NCBI GenBank assembly: GCA_903813345.2
Contig: CAIIXF020000001.1
Location: forward strand, 43,586,001-43,650,000
Length of the DNA stretch: 64,000 nt
DNA from: Owenia fusiformis
Lineage: Eukaryota
Reading direction: 5' to 3'
Shown here: piece by piece, positions 22,443-34,460 of the stretch
Numbering within the stretch: position 1 is the stretch's first letter
Layout of the letters: each line of letters starts with the position of its first letter
The notes under the pieces: model-generated
Databases searched by the model: none
Told to the model about the DNA's origin: nothing
What the model saw: only the letters and a program-made list of their open reading frames with translations
Program-made: the position numbers and the translations under genes

Positions 22443-25400
22443 ATGGCACAAAATATCCAAAGCTATGTACCAGGCATTAGAGAGCTGAAGCTTGAAGAGC
22501 CAATGGATGCATCCTTAACACCTGGAAATCATACGGAGAGTGCTGCACAAAATACTGCAAATGCAGAGGTTGAAGGCTTTTTGAAAAGTGTTCTGGAGGA
22601 CTTTGCGGCATCATATTCATATTTTAGAGGTTTTGTGAAAGGAAGACAGCAACTTGAAGATGCCATCAATGGGTTCAAAACAATCTCAAATTTGGATTTT
22701 GTAATCCGAGAGGCCCAACCATCCCCACTCAATGATGGAGCTCCATCACCACGTAATCAACTTAGCTTATTATTTCCTAAACCATGTAGTCATTTCAAAT
22801 GTTTCATGTTGGGCCTATAACACTGAAAAGCTTCTTATTGTACAACATCTTGAATTGAACTATTGAACGTTTATTGAACTATTTTCAAATAATATCTGAA
22901 TTAAGGAAGGATCGTGCTGTCTTTATTAAAGATATCGAAGGTTATGGCAACCTAGTATTTTTGCCCAAGCACAATAGAAATCAATATTCTATTACATTTT
23001 GATATTTTTGCAGTGTTCTATCAAGTTAAATGTCAATTCACTTATTATATTAGTGTTCTATCAAGTTAAATCATGTCAATTTACTAATTATATGCATCAC
23101 ACATTTCAGGGACATTAGCTTATAAATAGACTGCTATATTAGTTTGGTCGTAGATTTTACTGTAATTTTTATACTCTCTGCTTGCAGCAAAGATCTTCTG
23201 GAAAATTATAGGAAATTCCAAAAAACCAATTCACATTAAAGATAGGGGTCTGCCATTCAGAGTGGATTCATCGCTGCAGTACAATTGCCCATATGGACCT
23301 CAAAGAAAAGATGTGGTATGTACTATACCCTTCTCAAAAACTCAACGTTGCCTTAATTACACATTGTTTAAATTTAACCAATCAATATTTGGTCAGAATA
23401 TCACGACTCATTTTCTGCATTTAAAATTCCAATTCCCACAAAAGATCCATTTGAGATGTTAAGATTTTGTTTGCATCGAAACCTTAGAAATTATCTAAAA
23501 GTGTAATATTAAGTGCTATTACATGTATTAAGCTAGCTGGTAGAGATTGAGGGGAATTTAAAATTGATTTAATATATTCCCTTGAACATCAATACTAGAA
23601 TACATGTACAAATAAAAAGATGTGCGTGTGATGTGTATCTGCACTTATAATTTCATTGTTTTCAGGAAAACCCCAAAAGATATTGTCGAGCATCTATATA
23701 TGTTAAGGAGATCAGATATTTCCCCCAGCATGGTGTGGCAGAGACCAGGGAATCCAGTGGAGGAACACTTACAACCAAAGTATGTACATTGCTTTAAAAC
23801 TGAACAGTAAATTCGTTGCAAATTTAATTATCCTTCAAATGATGTATCATTGTTGGTGTGTTTGTTAAAAAAAATATTTATCAGGAATATTGGCTAGGGG
23901 GATGTTTTATTGGGCCACCCTGTATATACTTTCCATATTGAGCAAAACACGGGGAAATTGTTTTATTATAGTCAATGTTGATCATTTGAAAATGTACAAT
24001 GTTTTACTCAGGAAGTGATGTCATCGACTCTCAACTTTCATGACCTTGCATATAACAGTATAGGACAGTAGCACAGAATCACTTCTAGACAAGTGGTCCT
24101 TACTTTTTGTAAAAATATTTTCAAAGCTTGTCAGCTTAGATAAAATCATAGACAAAATTGGAAAAGAATATTCAGCTGGTTTTGTAGTTCTTAATAGCTC
24201 CTTACCTAATGCTACATGCAAAGTTGAGAGTCGATGACGTCACTTCCTGAGTTGAATATTAAAAGATGGCAGCCTAATGGAATTCAGCACTACATTTTCA
24301 ATTGATCAGTACTGACCATATCAAAACCAACCCTATAAAGTATATATATGGTTATAGGTACCATATTAGGAGAGAAAGGGTCTGACCAGGAATGTAGCTT
24401 TAACTGTTTAGACAGATAATCCCTTGATAAAATCCTGCAAATTCTGACCCATTGTTTTCAATACAGGAGCTGAAGGCAGCTGTAATTGAGGAACTACAGA
24501 AAGACAATAGTGCAGTGTTGGATCCTGAGAGTGTCTTCTATTTGGCATTTCCAAAGCTCCATAACAACCATTCCCCAGGAGATGAGTCTACACCCCACCA
24601 GAGCCAAAGTATGAATAATCATCTCTCAGTGCTTCATATTGACGAATTAATGTTTTTTCTGTGAGATTCACTGCTATTAATCCATCTTCCTATTTCTTCA
24701 ACTTGTGACCAGAAACACTATTTTTAGGAAACACGTTTTCAAGTAAACTCTATTGAAATAGCATGGATGATGTTTCATTTCCTTTGTTTACTAATTACTT
24801 TTGTGTAATACATTTCACCACTGTTCACAGTATGAGTAGTAGTGTTGTCGCGATTAATCGATACATCGCGATATACATCGCCTAAGCTGATTCTGGCGAT
24901 GCATCGATGTCTGAAACAAAACATCGATGTTTTTTAAAAGATGAATTTGCTAATAATCGTCCTTTCTTATCTTATTTTGACGCAAATCGCTTAGCTTTTT
25001 TCATGTCTTATTTCATTTTCCAATGTTTTGTAATATTCTTTCGCTTTAAAACTGTTTCAGCTTGTCGAAATGAACCATTAATCTAAAAAAATTACTTTAG
25101 TTTCATTTCACCAAGTTCCAGGAGGTACAAGCGTACTCTTATATTAATTTGTTCTGTTCGGTATTTTAGTGCATTAGCGTTCGGTATTTCAGTGCACTTT
25201 TCTCGAACTTTTTCTCGATGTACATTGCGATGTGCATCGATGTTTACTACTGAAAATTGCAGATGCATCGATGTACGATTATGACACATCGCGACAACAC
25301 TAATGGGTAGTGCTTCAAATAATTAGTTCATTCTCAGAATTGAACAAAAGTTATTATTTTACAGTTGGTGAAGAATGCAGTGTTCAAGCCAGCAACCTGC

Positions 25401-28400
25401 AGTTTGCTTCATTTGAGGACATGGAGAAAAGGTTAGAGAAGTGTGGAAACTGTTGTGATCAGTACCATTGCCCTTACTGTCCTGACGTCAATTTTGTGCC
25501 AAGACCCAGGGTTAAAGTAGTAAACCACTTGAGAAAACATTGGGAAACAGCCATGTTTGTAGGTATGTGAGAGTTAATTTGGATTGAATATAATTGATAC
25601 AATAAGGCGAGAGTGTCCGCAAAAAGTCAAATGTTATTCATAATTGATTTTGGTTTGATGCTGTCCCCAGCTCCGATTTCGGTGATCGGCTAGTAAAAAA
25701 GGTTTGATGGTATCATTTTGTTCCAGACACTCTCTAGAGTAAATTATCCTAACTTGAGTAAAAATGTGTGGTAAGTAAATTCACTATGGGCAGTTAAAGA
25801 GGCGCCATCTATTCATTTTCAAACAGGGGGTAGGGGTATTAAATAATTTTTAAAACATTTTAATAGTAAAATGACATTGAAATACTAATAAAATCTTATC
25901 AAAAACATTATTTACAATCAGTATGAATTTTCTTGTGTGAATTAGGGTGAAAATAAGGGCATATTTTTAAATTCACTACAGGGGCGCCACCTATTTTCAT
26001 ACTTCTACCACGTGTAATAACTTATTCTAGATTCGTTAAGGTACGAAATGTACTGAAAAAATTCATTCTGAAGGACCTATATATGTTCATACCACATACT
26101 CAAAATTGGATCAATAGCTTTTGAACTGGGGGAGAAAAAAATTATTGAAATTTAAAATTGTGGCATCATGCAGGATAGGGGTGACCATATCTCACATGAT
26201 TAACTTCCAAAATATGGAGCATATGTATCTCAAATGTACTCAAAATGGTGTATGTACTCTTCCTTTGTCATAATATTACTAATAAGAAGTAGAAAAATGA
26301 TTGTACATTTTAAAAAATATTAATTCTCATTTTGGCTTCTGACGTCCCAGGAGTGACCATATCTCACCTTAATAACTTCCAAAATATGGAGCATATGTAT
26401 CTCAAATGTACTTAAAATGGTGTATGTACTCTTGCTTTGTCATAATATTACTAATAAGAAGTAGAAAAATGATTGTACATTTTAAAAAATATTGATTCTC
26501 ATTTTGGCTTCTGACGTCCCAGGGATGACCATATCTCACCTTAATAACTTCCAAAATATGGAGCATATGTATCTCAAATGTACTCAAAATGGTGTATGTA
26601 CTCTTGATTTGTCATAATATTACTAATAAGAAGAAGAAAAATTATTGTACATTTTAAAAAATATTGATTCTCATTTTGGCTTCTGACGTCCCAGGGTTGA
26701 CCATATCTCACCTTAATAACTTCCGAAATATGGAGCATATGTATCTCAAATGTACTCAAAATGGTGAATGTACTCTTGCTTTGTCATAATATTACTAATA
26801 AGAAGTAAAATAAAAAATTGTACATTTAAAATAATATTGATTCTCATTTTGGCTTCTGACGTCCCAGGGGTGACCATATCTCACCTTAATAACTTCCAAA
26901 ATATGGAGCATATGTATCTCAAATGTACTCAAAAAGGTGTATGTACTCTTGCTTTTTCATAATATTACTAATAAGAAGTAGAAAAATGATTATACATTTC
27001 AAAAATTTTAATTTTAGCTTCTTACGTTCCTGGGTAATCATATCGCACCATATAATAATAATCCTCAAATATTCTCAGAAAAGTCCTGTCTTTTTCATAT
27101 TACTTATGAAATGTAGAAAAATGATTGCATTTTTTTATAAATCTTAAAGGGAGAATCAGAGATAGCGAGTAGGCTAATCAAAAAATTGTTTCAATTTTAG
27201 AATATTTTTGGCTCATGTCATTCCTTGTCATGTCTATTTTCTAAAAATCACAAAAGTGCATACTTTATTCAAGGAAAACGAAAGATTTTTACAATAATGT
27301 ATTATTTTTCTATAAGAATGGTTACCATTCTTATTATTTGGGAGAATTTAAATCATTTTTGCACTTTGAATCATTAATAACTTTACCAATTTATAACATA
27401 TTGTGAATCTTTTGGGAGATATTGTATTTGATATTGTAAGGAATAGATTGGTAGGTCAATTATGCACATTGCTTGTAATTTTGTCACCCCCTATAGATCT
27501 GATTCTGCCTTTAATTTTAGCCTCTGGTGTCCCAGGGGCTATCTCACCTTGATAACTCTCACGAAATGCAACATATGCATCTCAAATGTGTGCTCAAAAT
27601 GGTATAAATATAGTCTTGTTTTGTCATATTTATTGAGAATCATAAAATCAACAGTTCAGAATCAATGGATTTTGACTGTCTCCTCTACAGCTACATATAA
27701 TTCAGGGCAAATAATATCTGCTTTCAAATATTTGCATCTGCTCCCCAAACACCCTTTACAAGTACAATGGATGAGATTATTCCCTTGCATACCTTGGACC
27801 CAACATCTTTTGTAATCCATACAGGAATCCTTTTAGCCTGTCAATAGTGGGAGTACTTTACTCCATTCATGAAGTAATGGCAACTGCTAATGTAAGGTGT
27901 TAATATGTTATCCTGTGGCCTGCAATATATGCACGTTGGATTATACACTGAATTAAGGGATTTTGAGTATGTAAAATACGGGAAAAGGAGCTCTTTGTAA
28001 TGATAAATCTTTCTAGCCACATTAACATTCTCTAGTTTGCATGTTTGTCATACAACATACATTGATTGTAATGAAATATTAATCTATGATTGTGATGTCC
28101 CACACTTCTAGGGTCCCAAAGAAGAGCTTAGCTTTTGGAACAATTGCATTATTCTTGGCACGGTAGGCCATACAGTGAATATAATTGTTGAGATTGGGCA
28201 ATAACAATATATTACAACATGACAAACCATGCAAACTAGAGAATGTCAATCAGGATTAGAAGAGACTTATCGCCCTTGTAATTTAGCAGTGGGACAGTTT
28301 GGTGTATGTTTGGGCATAAATGTGCCTTTTAGGCCTAATTTTCAGGATATTTTCAAAATTTCGGGTCAGATTTGGGGTTAAGGGGCCAATTTTGGTAAAT

Positions 28401-31400
28401 GAGGCTAGGCTACTCACACTACTGATAGGCTACCAGTATACAAAAGATCCAATCCAAAAGTCCAATCCATAAATTCTGAACTTCTGATTTCATGAATCTC
28501 AATAAATATGACAAAACAAGACTATATTTATACCATTTTGGGCACGCATTTGAGATGCATATGTTGCATATCATGAGAGTTATATCAAGGTGAGATATAG
28601 TTGCCCCTGGGAAGCTAAAATGAAAATTTCAATTCAAAAAAGGTGTAATAATTTTTTCTACATCTCATGAATAATATTATGACAAAGCAAGACCATATGC
28701 CCCATTTTTGGTATATTTGAGTTGTATATGTTACATAATTTCAGAAGTTAGTGAGGGACGTCAGAAGCTAAAATTAAATTTTTTTAAACGTATAATCTTC
28801 TTATTAGTATAATATTATGACAAAGCAAGAGTACATACACCATTTTGAGTACATTTCAGATACATATGCTCCATATTTTGGAAGTTATTAAGGTGAGATA
28901 TGGTCACCCCTGGGACGTCAGAAGCCAAAATGAGAATTAATATTTTTAAAAATGTGCAATCATTTTCCTACATCTTATTAGTAATATTATGACAAGACAA
29001 GACTATATACACCATTTTGAATACATTTGAGATACATATGTTACATATTTTGGAAGTTATTAAGGTGAGATATGGTCAGTGGTCATCCCTGGAACGTCGG
29101 AAGCTAAAATGAAAATTAATATTTTTAAAATGTACAATCATTTCTCTACATCTTATTAGTAATATTATGACAAGGCAAGACTACAGAAAAACCTGTCTAT
29201 GTGAACACCTCTCTCTAGTGAACACCTGTCCCTAGTGGACACCCTTCTAACGCACATAGTCCACTGACTTCTGCATAAATTACCCTCTCTGTAGTGAACA
29301 CCTACCTACAGTGAACAATTTTTATTGGCAAAAAAATGTTCACTATACACAAGTTTTACTGTATATATACCATTTGAGGCTTTTTGAGCATATTTGAGAT
29401 ACAAATGCTCCATATTTTGGAAGTTATTAAGGTGAGATATGGTCACCCCTGGAACGTCAGAAGCCAAAATGAGAATTAATATTTTTTAAAATGTACAATC
29501 ATTTATCTACTTCTTATTATTAATATTATGACAAAGCAAGAGTACATACACCATTTTGAGCACATTTGAGATACATATGCTCCATATTTTGGAAGTTATT
29601 AAGGTGAGATATGGTCACCCCTGGGACGTCAGAAGCCAAAATGAGAATTTATATTTTTTTAAATTGTACAATCATTTTTCTACTTCTTATTAGTAATATT
29701 ATGACAAAGCAAGAGTACATACACCATTTTGAGTACATTTGAGATACATATGCTCCATATTTTGGAAGTTAATCATGTGAGATATGGTCACCCCTATCCT
29801 GCATGATGCCACAATTCTAAATTTCAATAATTTTTTTCTCCCCAGGTACAAAAGCTATTGATCCAATTTTAAGTATGTGGTATGAACATATATAGGTCCT
29901 TTAGAATGAATTTTTTCAGTACACTTCGTACCTTAATGAATCTAAAATAACTTATTACATGTGGTAGAAGTACGAAAATAGGTGGTGCCCCTGTAGTGAA
30001 TTTCAAAATATGCCCTTATTTTCACCCTAATCCACACAAGAAAATTCATACTGATTGTAAATAATGTTTTTGATAAGATTTTATTAGTATTTTAATGTCA
30101 TTTTACTATTAAAATGTGATAAAAAATTATTTTATACGCCTACCCCCTGTTTGAAAATGAAGAGATGGCGCCTCTCTAACTGCCCATAGCGAATTCACTT
30201 ACCACACATTTTTACTCAAGTTAGGATAATTTACTCTAATGAGTGTCTAGAACAAAATGATACCCTCAAACCTTTTTTACTAGCCGATCACCGAAATCGG
30301 AGCTGGGGACAGCATCAGTTGTGAAACAGTCACACTCCTAAATTGATCATGTTAGCAACATTTGAAATCATTGTTGATATCTTATCAGCACCAAAACTAA
30401 AATCATTTTAAAAAGTCAGAGGTAAGTTTGGGAAAGTGATGAGAATTCAGGGAACCATATTCTCTCTTATGAGCGCACATGTGACTTTTATGTTGAAATA
30501 TGGTCTCAAGAAAACACGGATGTTTAATGCATTAAATTATTTACTTAACAAGATATTGATTGATGATTATTTTTAATGCAGAGAAAGAAATACTTGAGCT
30601 GTAGTGATAACAACTTAAAATATAACTAATATCTGCAATATTTTTTTCTAATACGTTTTTTTATTTTGTTGCAGATGGAGTAAAGATCATGATGTGTAGG
30701 AATCTAATTGACCAAGGCCAGAAATCTCATTTCCATTGTCTTTGTACCAAAGTCTACTACAAAAAGAAAACATTCACATCCCACATCAAGGAGTGTGGCT
30801 TTTGCGTAAGGTAAGAATATCTCTGAAAATGAAAATTAGAATTATTAATGACTTCCTTCATATGACTGGGTTTTACCTCAGTTCAGTAGACTACTCTCAG
30901 AAACTTAGACATTCAACCTATTTCTTCCAAAGGAGTAAAATAAGCTACTATTAACCCTTTCGTGACGTGAATTTAGGAGGAAAATGTTGGCCTGGTGACG
31001 GATAAGCAAGATCATCTTTTAGGGAGAATCTGGAAATTACCAATACCCCGGGGCCTATACTTAAAATTATAATGCTGGGAATGCTTCCATTAAATGACGT
31101 GGATTCTAACTGATATCTTGGATTTTTAGAGGTCTACAATTAGATGGCCCTGGCAATGATGCAAATGCCTTTTCCAATGATGCTATGGATACTCAACCAG
31201 CGATTGGCCGTCCAACATATGGATCAACACCAGTCTATAGCATACTTGGAAAACGGATGAAAGATGATCCAAGCAACTGGTATGTATCCCTTATAGAGGT
31301 GAAAATATATAAACAGGTTAAGCACAACCTACTTAATGTTTTTCCTAGTTATCTTTTCCTTGCATACTTTTTGAAAACACTAAGAATTTTACTTATGTCA

Positions 31401-32055
31401 AATAAATGGTTTGAAAATAGAATGGCAATGATTCTGAAAAGTCACCCCATTATTCAAGAGACAGTGTAACCTATTGCTTACAATCTAGAATTCAAGAATC
31501 TACATGTAGTTGCTGGAAAACTGGATCTGTTAATTTAGAGAAGTACAGTAGAGTACAGCACTTCTTTGTTGTTTTTTCAGTGGAGATGGCATCGTGAATG
31601 GTGTTAACTACAGCCAGAGTGAACTAGAGAGGAGCCTTAGCCTTATGCAGCAGACCAAGACAATGTGTGATTTAGTTATACGTATGGACAGAAACATCAC
31701 ATTCTGTGTACATAGACTACTATTTTGTGCACTGAGCGCCATGATTAAAGAGACCTGTTCTTCCCTGCCTCCTGATCATGTGACCGATCCTAATGCACCC
31801 TGGGTATTGGATTTCTCTGGAACTGGAGTCAGCCCTCAATCCATGTCTGACGTCATTGACTATGTCTACGGGAGGAACCTGAATCTGGATACCAATAGAG
31901 CAGGCATCAGAGCAGCTGCCAAGCTGCTTGGTATGCCATCTTTAGTGGCACTCTGTAATCGAAATGTTGAAGGAAACATGAAGAAAACAACAGTAGTTAG
32001 AGTGGTTGATATCATGAGGCATGATGGTTCACCAAGCAAAAAATTCAAAAAGTAA
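22443..32055 (+). CDS. Putative transcription factor: CaRF/ALS2CR8-like domain, two zinc-finger-like modules and C-terminal BTB/POZ; 8 coding exons, 550 aa
   Basis: Exons 22421(ATG 22443)-22752, 23188-23315, 23666-23779, 24467-24608, 25365-25562, 30675-30810, 31130-31279, 31581-32055. All GT-AG, phases consistent, 1653 nt, no stops. CaRF-like motifs: GFVKGRQQLEDAI, KIFWK, GLPFRVDSSLQYNCPYGPQRK, YCRASIYVKEIRYFPQH, FYLAFPKLHNNH. Finger-like motifs: YHCPYCP..NHLRKH and HFHCLCTKVY..FTSHIKEC. BTB motifs: CDLVIRM..FCVHRLLFCALS..VIDYVYG..AAAKLLGMPSLVALC. Confidence 0.85.
23998..24260. mobile_element. MITE, about 260 bp, intronic
   Basis: TIR actcaggaagtgatgtcatcgactctcaacttt / aaagttgagagtcgatgacgtcacttcctgagt. 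Confidence 0.7.
24840..25302. mobile_element. hAT-like MITE, intronic
   Basis: TIR tagtgttgtcgcgat / atcgcgacaacacta. 8-bp TSD atgagtag / atgggtag. Subterminal atcgat repeats. Confidence 0.8.
25656..30317. mobile_element. 4.66-kb foldback (palindromic) element with internal 172-bp tandem repeats
   Basis: Ends tgatgctgtccccagctccgatttcggtgatcggctag / ctagccgatcaccgaaatcggagctggggacagcatca. The arms stay complementary to a centre near 28130. 172-bp units run forward at about 26170-27150 and reversed at about 28480-29790. GTT flanks both ends (possible 3-bp TSD). Confidence 0.9.
29184..29361. mobile_element. pogo/Tc1-like MITE nested in the right arm of the foldback
   Basis: TA-cagaaaaacctgtctatgtgaaca ... 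tgttcactatacacaagttttactg-TA, interrupting one 172-bp unit at agacTA. Confidence 0.8.
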
Positions 32056-34038
32056 AACTTATGGAGCACAATCTTTTCCACTTTGAGATAAATAAGACAG
32101 TGTTGTATTGTACAATTCAATATAATTAGCTATCATCTTCAGTCCAAACCAGGTTATGGCTATGGAATTAAGTATTCACTTTGCTATATGAGACAATAGA
32201 CATTCTCATTCCATTTCATATGCTTCATAATCTTATTTGCAGAGAAATTCATATTTTTTGATCTGCTCAAGAGGAGAAAATAACCTAGGATTCAAAGATG
32301 AACCTACCTCAACATGAAGGTAGCTTCATCTTTCAATTCAGGTTATTCCCTGCTTGATCGGCCCCTAAACTGGAATAGTTAGGGGATTTATTGATGTAAT
32401 CTTGGTATTCTGTTTGTTGAAAGTAATGGAAAGGACATATTTAGGGTGAAATGTAGATGAAGTGTCCCTCTCAAGTTATGATGATCAATTTATGTAGAAT
32501 ATAAGTGTTATATAATCTAATAACGAGCTAAAGAATTACATCCTCCAAACACAAGACTATGAAATTGAGACTTCTTCTATCTCTTGCCTGCGGTGAGCCC
32601 ATGTTTCTAAGAGCCATCATGTCAGTCTCTCCATGGATCACTATGTATGTTTATACAGAAGTCTATATAAAGCTATATAGACATGAGGTGTATAAAGTTA
32701 ATTTCAGAATATGTTTAAAAAACCAAACATTTACGAATATCCATTTTCTCCTTTTGAATGGGACTGAAGTTGGAGTATGTATCAAACACACTCTTCTCAT
32801 GATGAGAAGCGTTAGTTTGAGTTATGTAGTCCTGTTTTTGGAGGATGCTGATTTTAAGTTAGGCGATTTATTTTTGTATGTTTATTGCTTCATTTATATT
32901 ATCACACAATATCATTTGTAAATAAAGGTCAATTTGCCAAAACTAAGTCGAGTTGCCAAAAATATGTCAATTTTAAAAATGCAAATGTTTAAGTTCACCT
33001 GATTCTTTTGTGTAAATGTTGTGCCATGTGAATTTTCCAGTAAACTTTATTTGGAATATTACTTCTTTTTTTATTATCTCTCATTAGATCGTGCCAGATG
33101 GAGTTAAAAATTTCATTTCTCTGTCATGAGAACATAATATAATGTGCCTGTACAGTCATTATAAGTACATGGAATAAACAAATATTAGAATTTTGAGTAA
33201 ATCAGATTTAGTGTAATATTTGTATTTGTTAATTCTAGAATGGTCATTTTCACTAGAAAGCTCATAGAAGAGGTACAGTGAAGTCTTCCATCTATCCAGA
33301 AATATTTTCTCATGCATACTAATTTTCTTCCTATTTTCATTAACTCAAAGAGGGATAAAATAAGCCATTTGTGCATTCGTCTGTCTGGGTGATGATAACT
33401 CAGATGCCAGTTGACAGATTAGTTTCACATTTTATAGGCTGATGACAAAGGACCTCTGATTGAAGTTAGGAGAGCTATAGAGAATGGCTCCCATACACCC
33501 TTCCATACATCTGTCTGTCCAGGCAATAACTCTGTTAGCCCAATCTTGTTTATATTTAATACATATAAGTTCTGCTTGAAAGCCAATTTTCAAAATGGCC
33601 GGTGACCATTTTAGTGTCAATTTTACAGTATTTTAGGTGCAACATATAAAATTGTAATATTGATATGTTTAAAATGCAAAACAATTATATAGGATATTGA
33701 TTAAGTTGATAATTTAATTATTTTTTTAAAAGAAACATGGTGGCCATCTTATTTTACATCTATCTTATGATTTTTGCTGTAGCTGGAAAAAAAGTAGAGC
33801 AATTTTGTTCATACTTGATATGTGAAATTTCATAAGTATGGCACACTGTCTAATGACACTTTGGCTAGAAGGTGGCCATTTTGAATAATTTTATGTGATG
33901 TTTTATGTTTTTTACTATAGCTCAAAAAGGTGTGAAGCAATTTTTTAATGTGGCTACTTAGAAGCATTACACTTTTCCATGACAATTTGGCAAGTGGGCG
34001 ACCATTTTGGAAAATAGGGGCAATTTTAATGTGTGTTA

Positions 34039-34460
34039 TTTTTATGTCACCATAAAAAAGTGGTGACATATTGTTATGGTTTCCATTTTTTGTGATGATG
34101 GTTGGCAATCGGCAGTTGACGTCTGTTAAAAATTCTTACAACTACTGTTTTTTTAAATCATCTACAAGTTATCAGAAGTTCAACTTTTTTCAACTTGCTT
34201 CAACTGCCCAATTTTTTTCCTCAAAAGTTCAAATCGAACTGTAGATTTGATAGATTCATTATATAGTGAGCAACTGGGTGGTGACATTGTCATGTTAATG
34301 TCTTGTTTTAAAGTGTTTTGCTTTGTGTGATAAGAATCTATTAATTTTCATCTCTCTAAGTGGTGAGATATTGTTATAGTCTCCAGCTTTTTGTGGATGC
34401 CATCTGGTGTCTGCATGGCATTTGAACAAATAGCAGGTGGTGATATTTTTCAACATTAAC
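34039..34460 (+). mobile_element. Two adjacent Helentron/HINE-like copies
   Basis: ttttatgtcacca..ggtgacatattgttatgg...ggtggtgacattgtcatgttaatgtcttgttt (34039-34290), followed by a second degenerate copy (about 34345-34460). Confidence 0.6.

Noticed and set aside
23622..23810. Listed 62-aa ORF MRVMCIC...
   Set aside because: Wrong frame. The real exon 23666-23779 reads ENPKRYCRASIYVKEIRYFPQH in another frame.
26402..27147. Repeated 61-74 aa ORFs
   Set aside because: By-products of the 172-bp tandem units in the foldback element. The unit length is not a multiple of 3.
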